From Octopus vulgaris (lineage: Eukaryota), in assembly GCA_951406725.2 (NCBI GenBank), contig OX597815.1, positions 67,890,001 to 67,954,000 of the forward strand: a DNA stretch of 64,000 nt. The letters are read 5' to 3'. The notes beneath the pieces are model-generated. The model was not told the origin of the DNA. It searched no databases and saw nothing but the letters and a program-made list of their open reading frames with translations. Both the position numbers and the translations under genes were made by a program. Of this stretch, positions 26,461 to 41,880 are shown piece after piece (positions within the stretch are counted from its first letter, which is position 1; every line of letters starts with the position of its first letter).

Positions 26461-26828
26461 ATAAGCATACATACATGCATACACACACATATACACACAC
26501 ACTGAAGTGGGTGTCTCGTATTTAGTCCCAATCTATGAAACTACAATACACAATAACTACCATTGCTGCTGCTAATACTACTAACGTGGTGACTTAGAAT
26601 TACTTTTTTGAAAAAGGCTTGATTGCGTATTCATTTGTTTGCCTATTTCCTTATTTATTTGTTTATTTATATCTATATATTTTTATTTTAAAACTTTTCT
26701 GAAAAATGAGAAAAATATAAAAATAAATAAATAAACCAACGCTGTCGTGTTGGAGACATTTTTGTAATTTTTCGCAGTAGCACACTTTACCGAATAAACA
26801 CGTCACCTGAAATTTCACTCAGGTTTTT

Positions 26829-27265
<437 letters not shown>

Positions 27266-28601
27266 TTATTGTTGTTGTTGTTCCTCCATATTCCCAATTT
27301 TGTTATTTAACTCTTAAAAATCTTCCACCTTCTCTATTTCAAAGACACTTTTTTTTTCTCATTCCCCAACCTCTCTCTTCATCTTCCTGGTTCTCAATCT
27401 CGCTCTCTCTTTGTTTCTCTCTCTCTCTCTCTCTCTTCCATTCTTTCTCTCTCTCTCTCTCTCTCTCACGCTCTCATTCTCACTCCACCTTGTTTTTTTT
27501 AACATTCCTCTATTTCTTCCATTCTCAGTTTTTCTTACTCTATCTTTCTTTCTCTCCCTCTTTCTATCTCTTTCTCTATGACCCTTTCTTTCAAGTTTAA
27601 GTTTTTTATTCTCAGTTTCTCTCCCTCCCTCTCTCTCTCTCTCACGCGCAAAGACACACACACACACAAACTCTCTCATTCCCCCCACTCACACTATTAC
27701 TCTCTCACACTCTCACTCTCTGAGACACACTTCTCGCTTTCCCTCACTTTTGCTTACTCTTCTCATAATCTATAACTCTCTCACATACATTCTCTCCTTC
27801 CTTCTCTCATTTCAGGCTTTTCTTTCTCTCCTTCTCTCTTTCTCTCAGTCTCATAATCACTCTTTCTCTCTTCTTCCCTTTCACTCTGTCTCTGTCTCTC
27901 TCACACACACATTCTTTCACTCTTTCATTTAAAGCTTACACCCATCTTTCTCTATCAATCTATCTATCTATCTTTCTTTCTTTCTATTACTCTATCTCTA
28001 TAATTCTCTCTCTCTCTCTCCTATTCTTTCACTCATTTCCTCACACTCTTTTTCATTAAAAAATATATATACCACTTTTTTCCAAAATTTTTTATCAAAC
28101 GCAATTCGATTTTAGAAAAAAAAACAACCTGATACATCTACATCGAATATAATATATAAGGAAATATCGGTAAATAAACAAATGAATAAATGAATAAATA
28201 AATAAATAAATAAAATGAAACAGTAGATAGATGAAGTCAGGAAGGATTAAGTTGATGAAGACCAGATTATAGAATATAACAGGGATTCTGGGAAAATATT
28301 CTGGGTTTGTATGGGTTGATGTGAGTCTATACGTATGTGTTTGTATGCCCATGCACACATACATACATACACACACACACATAGATGTATATTCATACAT
28401 GTATATATATATATATACACACACACACATATAAACATACATATAGATGCATATACGTATATACATATATATATGTATATATGTATGTATGAGTGTGTGT
28501 GTGTGTACATACAATTATATATTAGTGTAACCAGTGAAAAAAGCCACTACAACCGTAAAAACAACAATAATCTTTTTTTCCCCATGATGACGATGACGAC
28601 A

Positions 28602-28653
<52 letters not shown>

Positions 28654-29362
28654 CGATGACGGTGACGACGGTGGTGGTGGTGGTGGTGGTGGTGGTGGTG
28701 GTTTGATGGTGGTGGTGGTGAGGATGATGGTGGTGGTGATGATAGTGATGATGATGAGGAGGAGGAGGGGGAGGGGAGGAAGGGTCGGATGGGGAGCATG
28801 TGGATTATGAGATTGGCAACGTTGATACTGGAATTGGTGTTAGTGCCATTCAATAGTCTGCCTGCAAGTTCACGATACGATTCTGATGCTATCAGCTTTG
28901 TTTTTCAAGTTCTTCTTCCTCCACATCATTTTCATCCTTCTTATCATCATCATCATCATTATTGTTATCATTCTATTTATTCTTATCAAAAGCAACAGCA
29001 GCGGCAGCAGCAGCAGCATCATGAGCATCATCATTATTCAGATTTCGTTTTGTTTTAGCGCATTACTCAGTGAAAGTTCATTCAAAAAAAGACAAACCAT
29101 GAAGGTCGTTGCTAAACAGTGGATTAAAATGGAGAGGAATTTAAAAAGCTTAACGGCAGATATCTATATATTTATGGTACGCTTAAAGCCAATCCAATCT
29201 AGTTATAGAAAAACATGAGATGGAACATAAAAGAGAAAATATACGACATGTGGAATGGTACAACAGTTTTCAACGTTCATTGTTTTAGGGAACAGTTGAG
29301 GCAGAAGAACGGGATGTCATAGTTAACAAATAAGGGAGATAAGTCTTTCAACCATTTTTTTT

Positions 29363-29471
29363 AGGCGTAGACGTGGCTGTGTTGTTAAGACGTGCTTTGC
29401 AGCCACGTGAATTTTTTGTTCAGTTCCACTGCGCGGCACCTTGGGAAATTATCTTCTATTATAGCCATTAC

Positions 29472-29532
<61 letters not shown>

Positions 29533-29692
29533 GGCGGCAAGCTGGCAGAATCGTTAGCACACCGGGCAAAATGATTAGCGACATTTCGTCTGTCTTTACG
29601 TTCAGAGTTCGATAAATAAGTACCAGTTGATTACTGGAGCCGATGTAATCGACCTCCCCTTCCCTCAAAATTGCTGTCTTATACCAAAACTT
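29363..29692 (+). mobile_element. SINE B head, (TG)n, then SINE A with internal deletion
   Basis: aggcgtagacgtggctgtgttgttaag...caccttggg; aaggcggcaagctggcagaatcgttagc. Confidence 0.75.
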
Positions 29693-29702
29693 GATGTGCG
29701 TG

Positions 29703-29750
<48 letters not shown>

Positions 29751-30234
29751 CTGTCTCTGTATCTATCAATCTATCTGTTTATCCATCTTTCTATCTTTAT
29801 CTCTCTCTTGCCTCTTAAATACCATTTACAAACCCAACTCAACGGCTGATCTCCGCAGTTATCTGAACCACGAAATTTAACTGCCATTCAGTTCCCTCTC
29901 AAATCCTTCTCAAATAGTTTAATCTTAGGTACACACAAATATAACTGTGGTCGTCATGGCTGGAACGCTGTTAATCATAAGTTTGCTATGTCAGAGCTAA
30001 ATCAACGACAAACAACAACAATAGCAAAATAACAATAACAACAACGTAATAAGCAGATGAAACAGTCTTTCCTCTGTCTTCCCTAACAAATAACGTCAAA
30101 TGTCTACTTATTCAAAACAAACCAAATCATATTTCTTTTCATTTGGTACCTTACCAATGTTTGAACGAGAAGGTTGACATTCCGATGAATTGATTTCAAA
30201 GTATCAGTAGTCCTTATTTTATGGATCCTGCATC

Positions 30235-30530
30235 AACGTGGTGTGGGCAGGGTGTTGTACTTTCGATGGCAAGATCGCGGTTTCTTTTCCCAGACTATGT
30301 GGTGCGTTGTGTCTATGAGCTAAAACACTATTTCCATGCCTCTCTACGATCATTTCAATATCTGACGTGTTACACACTATACACTTGTACAGGCAAAGTC
30401 CATTTCATGGAAGGAATGACCTAATGTACATCACAAACATTTTATCACTATAAAACAAGTCTTCTATGCAGGTTATTCAACATAAATTTGCGGAATACTC
30501 ATCTGTCGTTTACGACAGGAGAATCCATCA
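30235..30530 (+). mobile_element. Diverged tRNA-derived SINE (fourth family)
   Basis: Degenerate tRNA-like head followed by gcgttgtgtctatgagctaaaacactattt, resembling the family C post-head segment. Confidence 0.45.
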
Positions 30531-30569
30531 ACGAAAGAATGACAATGAAACTGGAGAATGAGACGAATA

Positions 30570-30690
30570 AAAGGGAATTATCCGTGTCCATGGCTGCATT
30601 GCTTTTCCTGGGTCTACCTGACCTTCTCTCCTTCCTAACGATATCCGTTCTAACAACCAAATACCTATCTGCAACTTCTTTCGTTTTCAC
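30570..30690 (-). mobile_element. Possible Tc1/mariner N-terminal HTH fragment
   Basis: KEVADRY...RKERRSGRPRKS (GRPR linker motif). Confidence 0.35.
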
Positions 30691-30995
30691 ATTAACAGAA
30701 ATATTAATATTAATTAGTGATATTAAACGTTCATATTAACAAGGTTTATACATTAACAATGTATATATATATTGCGTTTTGTGCAGTATAAAGTAGCTTT
30801 ATATCACACAAGCTATATGGAAAAGGAGAAAAACGGGGTTTACTCTGATAAAAATATTCCTGCATAAATGCTATTTTGTATAATTATATATTCATATGAG
30901 CTTGTAGGTATAACTACTTGAAAATGTAGATATATGTATGCAGATTATAAACATTGGTATGTGTATATGTGTATTTCTGTGTGTGTGTGTGAGTG

Positions 30996-31080
<85 letters not shown>

Positions 31081-31087
31081 GGTAACA

Positions 31088-31158
<71 letters not shown>

Positions 31159-31160
31159 GA

Positions 31161-31198
<38 letters not shown>

Positions 31199-32835
31199 AT
31201 GTAAATACATATATATGCATATATATACACATATGCATGTATAAACATATATATGTGTTTATGTATATACGTACATTCATACATACACAGTTTCCAATAT
31301 CCGTGTATATAATAATATATAGTCATTTACTTTTATGATATTTATACATTCACGCACACTGTATTACTTCGGTAATACATATACTAAAACTGGAATGATA
31401 CATTCACACACACACACACGCACACACACACAGACATGCACACACGCACACACACGCACACACGCACATTCATATACAAACATGCATGCATTCATACATA
31501 CATATATGCACGTACATGCGTATATTCCCACATAAACACATATAGACATTCATACATGTGTACATATATTCACACATACATACATACATACATACATACA
31601 TACATACATACATACATACATACATACATACATGCACGCATGCATGAATACATACATTTATTTTCCGTATACCAACATTTCCATCACACTTCACTTAACA
31701 TAAATGACAATTTGTACAGTAGTATTCATATGACAAATAAACGGTAGTAATAAGCGGATGAGAAATAAATACCAGCCAGGAAAAGACGCTATTCTCTCAA
31801 AATTAGCATTCCCCGACAAATGAAAGCACAGAATTGCAATAGAAACAAATGCCATAATGCTTCCACTATTCAGTGCTGTCAGTTAAATATATCACCAGTG
31901 GAACATATTAGTTCTCTCCCTTTTCTTGTTTTGAGAATAATTTTAGTCAACGCTAAACACTGTTCTTTTAATTACGGTTGTAATTTCGGTTGATTAAACT
32001 GTATCTTCAGTTCAACACCTCAACTATGATCGGCTACACTAGATGTTATCCATGAGGAAAAGCACTTAGAAAATATTTCAAATTCTTTGTTTAAATTTAC
32101 TTGATAAGTGAAGTATTTTCACACTCACAAAAAAACTATGTTGATGAGACATTCTCAAGTCTTGGTGTCTATATGTTAAGTATGGTCAGATGAAGAGGTT
32201 TAATAAAATTTAAACATGTCTGAAGTTGTCACTGTCAAAGTTCAAACACATCCCCCACCCACCTTTATATCACCATTTAATTTTTACTAGTTGAATGTTA
32301 GAGATTTTTCTTTCTTGTTCCTTTTGATAAAAAACGGAGAGTAACTTTCGCCAATGTTTAATCCGCCCAAAATTCGTTTCTTACTCACAGTCACGTTTCT
32401 TCACCTTTTTTTTATTGCCACCTCTTTGACTGACAAATTAAACTTTTCTGACTTTATTTTGTAATAGCTGAAACAAACTTTTGTCCAAACAATTTCATAC
32501 ATACCTTGTGCAACCGTCTCATGACCACACACCTTCACTAACATACATAGAAATACAAACCACAAATAAACAACAAAACTCTGCACACCTCCTTTGAGGT
32601 AAACTCATCCCTTATACGTATGACTTCCATTTCAGAAAATCACACCGTCTGAAGATTCTTATGTGAGCTGAAACTAAGTGTATCATTGTGAAGATTTGAA
32701 CCTTTGAATAACAAAATAAAAGTTATTGTTCTAAAATGTATAGGTTCTCTCTTAAAAATTGTCGTACCAAGTACACTATAGATTATATATATGTGTGTGT
32801 GTGCGAGTGTGTGTATGTATGTGTTTATGTATATA

Positions 32836-32899
<64 letters not shown>

Positions 32900-33016
32900 A
32901 CATATAATCATATATATCAAAATAAGCAACAGGATATCAAGTAGTGATGCAGTACGACCGTATCAAGCGACTCCATTCAATTGAACAATGCAATCATCAC
33001 ATCAATTTAAACGAAG

Positions 33017-33058
<42 letters not shown>

Positions 33059-33328
33059 GAAATTTATACCTGTCTGAGAGCTTGGACTCCAGTATTTTCT
33101 TATCTAGTCTAGTAAGAAAGAGTTGTATGCACATCAGGATCACTCTCTCACACCTAGACATTATACCCAGTAACAAGAGAAATGAACTTATATGAAGATA
33201 TAGGAAATTTCCGAAATGGCTGAAGAGACCTCCAGATCTCATTTTATTATCTGAGTTCAAGTATATTGAGACCATTAAACATCATATCAGATGTTTGCCC
33301 TGCATCAGATGTTTGCCCAGCAGATAAA

Positions 33329-33361
<33 letters not shown>

Positions 33362-34582
33362 ATGTATGTATATGTATATACATTTATATACATACATATG
33401 TATATGTATGTATATGTATATATATATATACATATACATATATAAATATACATACACATATATATATATAATACATATTTATATAATTATATACATATAT
33501 ATACATATATGAATATAAATATGAATATATATGTGTGTGTGTGTGTGTGTATGATTACACATAAAGCATACACACACGCAAACACATTTACATATAAGCG
33601 TGTATGTATGCATATGAGCGTCTGTGTATTTGCATATGCGTATGTGTATGTGTGTGTAGCTGCACTCACCATAATGATGCTTGAATTCTTAGGAATTATT
33701 GTGAGTGAAGATTTACGTTGACTTTCTTTTTCCTTTTACTTTATTTCAAATAATTATCGACAGGAAAAATTATCGTCTGCCAATGGCTCTATCTTCTTGC
33801 TTTTTCTACTTTCAATGCATATAAATGTTAAGTGATGCATCTTCTCTTTTCTATTCTACCTGCATATTTATTACATTTGACACACAAAGGCATTTCATAT
33901 TTGCATTCACAATAGGAAACACGAAAATTAAAAAAGAAAAGAATTAAACAAAACACATATATATACACATGTACACATGCAAACGAAAAAAAAACACGCG
34001 CAAAAATGAAAAATAAACGAAAAGATTGAAAATTTTTCAAAACCTAATCATAAATATCTATAGTGAAAGCTTCCATCTTGAATCCTATGTGAACTGGATA
34101 TGGAAATATCTATGTACCACAGCCAGATTTTAAACAATAGAAGAATACATCAACGTTTTAAAAGTATTTCGAATTGCAACAATTATATGTTCCCGTTTGG
34201 TTATTATGTAATCACGTTCATTCTTCATTTCCTTTCTTCCATTAAATATTTAAAATGGTGTTAGTTTATTTAATAGTTTTCTATTCACACTCACACATCT
34301 GGTTGTTGTATTGTTGAATTATTTGTTGCTGTTTTTCTTGTTTTTTTTTTAACGTTTTCTTCAGTTAACTCTTAATATTCGGAAATCACAAGGGAACTAA
34401 GACAAAGAGCGATAAAAATGCTATAAAGACTACATGAAGCGAGTATATGTCATAAATACAGATTTATCTCATCCATCTCTCTCTCTCTCTCTCTCTCACT
34501 CACTCTTTCTCCCTCTCTTTCTTTCTTTTCTTTACCCATCTCATTTTTCTCTGCTTATCTCTCTTCTCTCTCTCTCTCTCCT

Positions 34583-34616
<34 letters not shown>

Positions 34617-34806
34617 TCGCGCTCTCTTTCTCTAACTGTGTATGCGTGAAATACGCGCATACATTTTATTCGTGCAGAGCACTTTCACAGTCGCCTATTA
34701 TATGTTGAGCGATCTATCTATCTATTCATCCATCGATCGACATGACCACTATAGCCCATTATCATATTTCCATACATTTTGTAATTCGGTATTTATGTGT
34801 GTGTAC

Positions 34807-34854
<48 letters not shown>

Positions 34855-35377
34855 GTACATATAGATACACACAGTTTGTCTATCTCTTTCTCTATCTCAT
34901 CCCATACATCAATGTAGTTAGCGGTTTCTCAATTATCTCTCTTCCTTTTGTTCTACAGCTTCTAGCTATACATTTCCCGCTATTACTTTCTTCTTTTATT
35001 TATCTCTATTCCTCTCCTGTCTCTCTTCCTTCCTATCTTTCTGTATATGTCTCCCTCTCTCAATATCCTTTCGGCTCGCTATATCTCTCTCCCTATCTCT
35101 CACTGTCTCATTCACTCTCTTTTTCTCTCTCTCTCTCTCTCTCTTTTTCTCTTTATCTCTCTTTCACTCTCTTTCTCACTCTCTCTTTCTCTCTATCTCT
35201 CTGTCATTCTCTTCTCTTCCTCTTTACTTCCGCTATACAATTTCCTAATACTAATTTCTTTTCTTATTTACCATTGTTCGTTTCTATTCTGTCTCCTTTT
35301 CTTTTCCTCTCACCCACCTCTCTTTTTTACCCCGTCTCTCTTCCCTCTCAGTCCTCCACCCTCTTCTCTTTCTTTGC

Positions 35378-35410
<33 letters not shown>

Positions 35411-35804
35411 TATCTCTGTCTATCTATCTATCAATCTACCTATCTGTCTATCTATTTATTTGCCTTTCTCTCTTAATACCTTTTCTTTCATCTTCCGCAT
35501 TTTACATTCAAAATTGCCTTTCTTAATCCCTACCCCTACCATATTTTTCTTCCCTGCAATCTTTCTCTTTTCATTTATTAAGTTTCATTAAGGTCTCCTC
35601 TACCATATCACTTCCAACCCCATATATTTTCTGCACAGTAAATGGGAGGAAAAAAATCAATTTCTTGAAGAAATAATTTCAATACATACGTGTGAAGATA
35701 AGAATCTTTCCTATTACGGCGGCGGAAACTTACTCATTATATGTTGGTTGTAAAATACATACATACTGGCATTCAGATATATGTATACGTACATATACAC
35801 ACAC

Positions 35805-35867
<63 letters not shown>

Positions 35868-35911
35868 AATATACATATATGCACACATGTATGTATGTAT
35901 ACACACACACA

Positions 35912-35977
<66 letters not shown>

Positions 35978-36058
35978 TGGCATCCGGTGGTTGGCATGTT
36001 TCTTTTAATGGCAGTGCCCCAGTATGGCCACAGCTCTTGAGCTGAAACTAAGTTAAAG

Positions 36059-36095
<37 letters not shown>

Positions 36096-36189
36096 TATAC
36101 ATTTGTATGTGTGTGTATATGCATATTTGTATGTGGACGCCTGTTAATATACAAATATATACAACAGGATTTTGAAACAAAATTTGAAG

Positions 36190-36490
36190 AGTTTTTTCTC
36201 TCAGTGTTTGATATTTTTATCTTCAGCCCATCAAGATTTAAATACTATTTACCATCCTGCCATGGTACTATTTTTCTCTCAAGGTCTGGGGGCTTTCATA
36301 TTTGTTTTTATCGTTTTTGCTTTGCTTCTCTTTGTTTGTTGTGTTCTCTCGTGGCCATTTTGGTATTTACGTATAACTTGAGAATCCATCTTATTTGTGT
36401 GTTCATGTTTAAAATAGAGATATTCTCAAAGGATTGTATTGAACGATTTATCTTCCAAGACAACTGTTGCTTTTGATTTTTCCTATTCGT
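36190..36490 (-). mobile_element. Possible R4/Dong-like post-RT fragment
   Basis: Lys-rich degenerate frame resembling the region upstream of the CCHC motif in the other copies. Confidence 0.3.
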
Positions 36491-36790
36491 TGTTAATCTT
36501 GTTGTTGGGATGGGGGTGATGGTAGTGGTGGTGAGATTTGTTAGTGGTATTTTTGTAATGCAGTAACTCTCTTTACTCGCCTTGAACGCCGCTCAATCTG
36601 TGTTCTGACCAGGGATATATGACTATAGTTCGACAAATGGGTGATACTACTTTTACCAAACGATACGCTACTATTTCACTAGTGTCCTATTAAATATTAT
36701 AACAATCATTAACTAGCTAGATTTGTACCGAACAACAGGCAATCTATATAAACGTGTGTGTGTGTGTGTGTGTGTTTATGCAGGTGTATA

Positions 36791-37010
<220 letters not shown>

Positions 37011-37049
37011 ATCGATGCATGCAACAAAACTTTCATGAACTAGAAAGCC

Positions 37050-38100
37050 GTAAACAAGTATTACCCTTACTAGAATTAGAATCGTTATGAAGAGTTACAC
37101 AATATCAATGTATAATATATTCACCAAAATCCTCATAAACAAGTTCAACCCTATGAGATCTAGAATTTCAATGAAGGACAACTTAGAACTATGGGAACAC
37201 AGGACACGATTCAAATTCAACAAGAACATCAAACGTATACATCCATCACCAGCTGCTTAATGGATATCATTATCGTTTCGGGACTGGGTAGCGTCAACAG
37301 TGTTGAAAACAAAAACGATGTCTGGGAATTAGTAGACAAGCAAAAGCGAACCGTTAGCGTCTACACCTGTTTATTGTTACAAATACAAATATCTATATAT
37401 ATATGGCTACGAAGGAAAGAAATTAAAAAAGTAAAATATAGAAAACCTAAAAACATTCTCAAAATGGATATTGCAATCCCCAGAATTATAGAATTTAAAA
37501 CAAAATACCGAACAAAATAGAATAAAAAAAAATTATTCAGCATAGTCGAAAACACTCGTTACCAATACATAACACGAAGAATAATAATAACTTAAGTAAT
37601 TACCAAACTAGAACTGTAGACATTTAGATTAATTAAAGAACGCGAACCGATGGGCATTTAGAACACAGACACGAAAACACGAACCAAACGTCAACTAGCA
37701 TCAGGCTTCAATCGTCTTAAAACAACGCAACATGGGAATAAACCAGTATAAAACAATGAAATCTAAACCTTAAGTATCGAAAATATACCTAAATGAATAT
37801 CGCACCTCAAAACATATAAAAGATATATAATTGATTAGAACATCAAAATCTTAACGAAAATTTTCACAGACATACTTAAAGCACAATTAAAACGATCTAA
37901 ACAACCTGAATAAGACATCGCTTTAACTATCAGACATTACTTGCCTACCCTGAGGGGAATCAATCAATATAGACTTATAACTATTAGATATAGACTTCAA
38001 TTGTAGAAAATACATTGAAACCAATATTTTCACCTAAAAGACATATATGCTTGTATAATCTAAAATTGACGAAAAATCAAATCGTAACGAAAATATTCAT
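37050..38100 (+). mobile_element. Ancient L1/Tx1-like RT fossil
   Basis: YNIFTKILINKFNP (like YKIFTKILANRL); LVDKQKRTVSV (weakly like LDQEKAFDRV); LPTLRG (like LP..GGL); A-rich sense strand. Confidence 0.4.
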
Positions 38101-38676
38101 GATATAAAAAAAAACATCACGTGCTGCAAATAAATTATCAAAAGCACAAATTTATCTCTTTACTTAAAACAGATACAGCCAAAAGATCATTGGTAATCTA
38201 TGAGCGGAAGTTAATAAATGCTCTCTAACGGAAATAACGTTGTACCCAATAATACACAATAATGTATAGCAACCTACTCACAAGCTACAAAACAACGACA
38301 TTGCATTGAACATTAATGAAAACTAATTATTCCGCAGATTTATGCTATAACTAGAAATTGCTCCAAACTTTCTCGAAATTTCACTGTCTCGCTAGCAGCA
38401 ATTAAAACGTTTAAGTAACATTTTCTTATCAGAGGGGTTTCACAAATAAGAAAATTTATTTCATTTAATTTCATTACAAGACAATAAATATTTTTCGTTT
38501 GAAAATTGGTATTATTTCTTCCTTCGGTATCAGCACCAAGAAATTTTATAAAAGTTGAATTATAATTATTCAACGTATGCAATATTTCCTGATGTTACAC
38601 ATGATGGCGAATATATACTTCCAAACCTCCCCGTCATTTCATCGGTAACACTTTAGTATACATACATACGCGCACG

Positions 38677-38731
<55 letters not shown>

Positions 38732-38810
38732 GTAAAGTTTGATATTAAATTTTTGTGTTTCAGATACTCTGTTGATGGAAGGGAACTGATTCACTGAACC
38801 CCTATAAAAT

Positions 38811-39544
38811 GAGGATGAAGCATTCCTCAAGCGAGTTTCTTTTAGTGACGAGGCGACTTTTCCTGTTTCAGGGAAATTAAACAGACACAATGTGAGAATC
38901 TGGGGATCAGAACACCCCTATGTGACTAGGGAGCTTCAACGGGATAGTCCAAAAGTGAATGTGTGGTGTGGAATCATGTGCAATCGAATAATTGGTCCAT
39001 TTTTCTTCAATGAGGCAACAGTTACTGCAGATGTTTACCTCTACCTTCTGACCGAATATGTGGCACCACAACTGATTGATTTACAACCATCATTTCCAGA
39101 AAGATGGTGCACCACTACATTGGGGACGGCATATTCATCAGTTCCTCAATCAAACATTTTCAGACCGATGGATTGGAAGGGATGGGCCAATTCCATGGCC
39201 ACCGCGTTCGCCAGATATCATTCCCTTGGACTTCTTTTTATGGGGTTATGTAAAAGATATCGTGTATCAAACAAAGATACAGAACATTGCTGACTTGAAG
39301 CAAAGGATTCGTAATGCCATTGCCACCGTTGATGAGGCTATCCTACAGCGAACATGGCAAGAAATCGAGTACCGTCTTGATGTGCTCCGTACAACTAATG
39401 GTGCCTATATTGAGGTCTATTAAATAACAGTTAAAAAAACTTTAATAAACAATTATTACAATAAAACAAATCTGGTTATTATATCTTGTCAACAGCCTTT
39501 GTAATAAAATTTTAAAATTATAAGGAGACTTTATGGACACCCTG
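38811..39544 (+). mobile_element. Tc1/mariner DD41D (rosa/Visitor-type) transposon, 5'-truncated, one frameshift
   Basis: FSDEATF...NVRIWGSE...VWCGI..IIGPFFF; FQKDGAPLH...WPPRSPDIIPLDFFLWGYVK; 41 residues between the last two catalytic Asp; right end ggagactttatggacaccctg + TA. Confidence 0.92.
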
Positions 39545-39550
39545 TATGTG

Positions 39551-39599
<49 letters not shown>

Positions 39600-40229
39600 C
39601 GTCAGCCTGAAGACGACATCAAAGAAAATATTTCATTGTTTATATACATGTACAAAAACTCTTGAAATTTTCCAGAGATATGAACTAAACTAAAATGAGG
39701 TCGATTAAATTAACATATCTTTTCTGAAAATGAGTGGTCCTTATATTATTTTGTTACAACTCATTATCTCATTAAAAAATCTTAAACATAGGTGGATGTG
39801 GTTTGGGTAATGTTATATTCTAATTGAAGTGAACTCTTTGCCGATTATTGTTATTATCATTATTGATCCTCTGCAGTAGTTGCTAGGCAACCCAATTTTA
39901 TAAACCGCCCTTTTTAAAACACTGTATAAATTTTGGACGCCTACCAACCAAACACAATCATTCTTTTAAAATTAACAAATCAAATGATATTTATTAAAGT
40001 TTAACTGAATGTCTAATTAATTATTCATTAAAGTTTAATGACTAAAATTTTAACTTCTCAAAACCTTTACGAAGACACGAGAGAAATAGAACTGCTTCCT
40101 TTCAATGAGTATCACTTGACACACAAACGTGGGGTTACATCATGTAAAAGTTGCTGTTATAAAGTGATTTCTCTCACTTTAATGTTTTATTGCAAGAGCC
40201 AAAATATTTGGAGAAGATTTCGTTAATAT

Positions 40230-41011
40230 GAGGTGTATGTCTTCTCTTCCCGTAATACTGTGACAATTTTGTGTTTTTAAACACAGTACGTCCGTAAGGG
40301 ATATTGTCCCCGGGCAAATACCGCGGTTAAGTTACCTTCCGCGATGTATCTGCATTAAGTATAATACATAAATGGTTTTTGTTTATTCACATGACTTATA
40401 CTTTGCTTCTACGTTATTATTGGTTTCAGCATCGCGTAATAACAAAAGAAAGTCTTCAACTGACTTGGAATCCGTTGCCTGACACTCGTCAATGAAAGGA
40501 TCAAAGACACAGTCAATTACATCCATGTAAATAATGTTCAGAAATTGTGATTCCAAGTTGTCTGAAGCAAATTTCAAATTCCAAAATATATACATCACTG
40601 CCGGGTATGGGAAATAATGTAAATTTTTGTATAGGAGATGGCGGCGATAAAGTTTCATTTTCTCTCACATGCTCTTCCTATAGTTTAATCTCATTAAAAT
40701 CTGATAAAATTTGCAATGAAGAAAGTATTAATTTTTGACTTTTTAAAATAACTTCCCATGAATTCTGAAAAAATTTTCGTACACTGTCAAATAATTCCAC
40801 ATGACAGAGAGTTGTCGTTGGAAAACTATCGTGCTTCTCTAGGAAGGAGTAATTTGCCAAGTTCTTCGTTTTCAGTACATCGGGTCCGAGATTCCTCGGG
40901 GATAGAATATGGAAAATTCCAGAAAAGAAATGTCAAAAGACTAAAAGTTGTAATAGTGTTATTGCTAGATACAAAAACAGATTTTCTTTAATCGCTCTCT
41001 GTCTACTCCTT

Positions 41012-41078
<67 letters not shown>

Positions 41079-41560
41079 TACACACACTTTCTCATTGTTC
41101 AAACTAAAACAGTAGCGGATAGACAATATGTTTTGAAAAAAGTTATTAAAATCCTTCATTTAACAAAAACCGTGCTCTCGAAAAGTTTGCGATTTCGAAT
41201 ACCAACAAAGTTATAAAACAATTTATCATTTACTTTTGTCACAGTTGCCGAAATATTCAATAAGATTTTGCTGATCTATTGATTTTATTGATTATTTTCA
41301 CTGTAATCTTCATCAATTGATCCAGATCTAGACTGAGGTGTTTTGCGAAGAAATTATGTTAAGAATCACAATGGTATTTGGAACATCTTTTTTAAAATAT
41401 GACACGAAACCCTGAAATCGATCAGTCATATTGGAAGTTCCACTGGTTGCGCAACAAATAACGTTATTAATAGGAATATTGTTTCATGTGAAAATAAAGC
41501 TTTTGGAGACACTGTCTACGGATTGTTGTTTTTGGCAATCTGCCCTGATATATTTATTGT
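40230..41560 (-). mobile_element. hAT (Charlie/Buster-like) transposase fossil interrupted by (CT)n(CA)n
   Basis: Minus: IPINNVICCATSGTSNMTDRFQGFVSYFKKDVPN (ATDGAxxM motif region); KIINKINR..IFRQL; ELFDSV; ILSDFNEI; DCVFDPF. Confidence 0.7.
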
Positions 41561-41656
41561 ACGACGCTACAAGAACATTAAAAACAGATTAGTTGACGTT
41601 GGCAAACAGCGTCGTAAGTGTGTTTCTTTTAACAAATATTTCTTTCAGGTCTTCAA

Positions 41657-41880
41657 ATATTGACTTCAATTTTTGGCTCAAGGTCAGTAATTTCAGGGGA
41701 AGGGCAAGTCGATTACATCGACCCCAGTACTAAGCTGTTACTTATTTTATCGATCCCGAAAGGATAAAAGGTAAAGTCGACCTCGGCGGAATTTGAACTC
41801 AGAACGTGAAGACGGAAGAAATGCCACTAAGCAAATCCCTATATATGCTTAATGGCATTTCGTCTGGCGTGCTAGGGATT
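41657..41880 (-). mobile_element. SINE family A
   Basis: cttattttatcgatcccgaaaggataaaaggtaaagtcgacctcggcggaatttgaactc. Confidence 0.8.

Noticed and set aside
33215-33265. CTGAAGA plus hairpin as a hammerhead
   Set aside because: GAAA and stem III are missing; at most a decayed Penelope remnant
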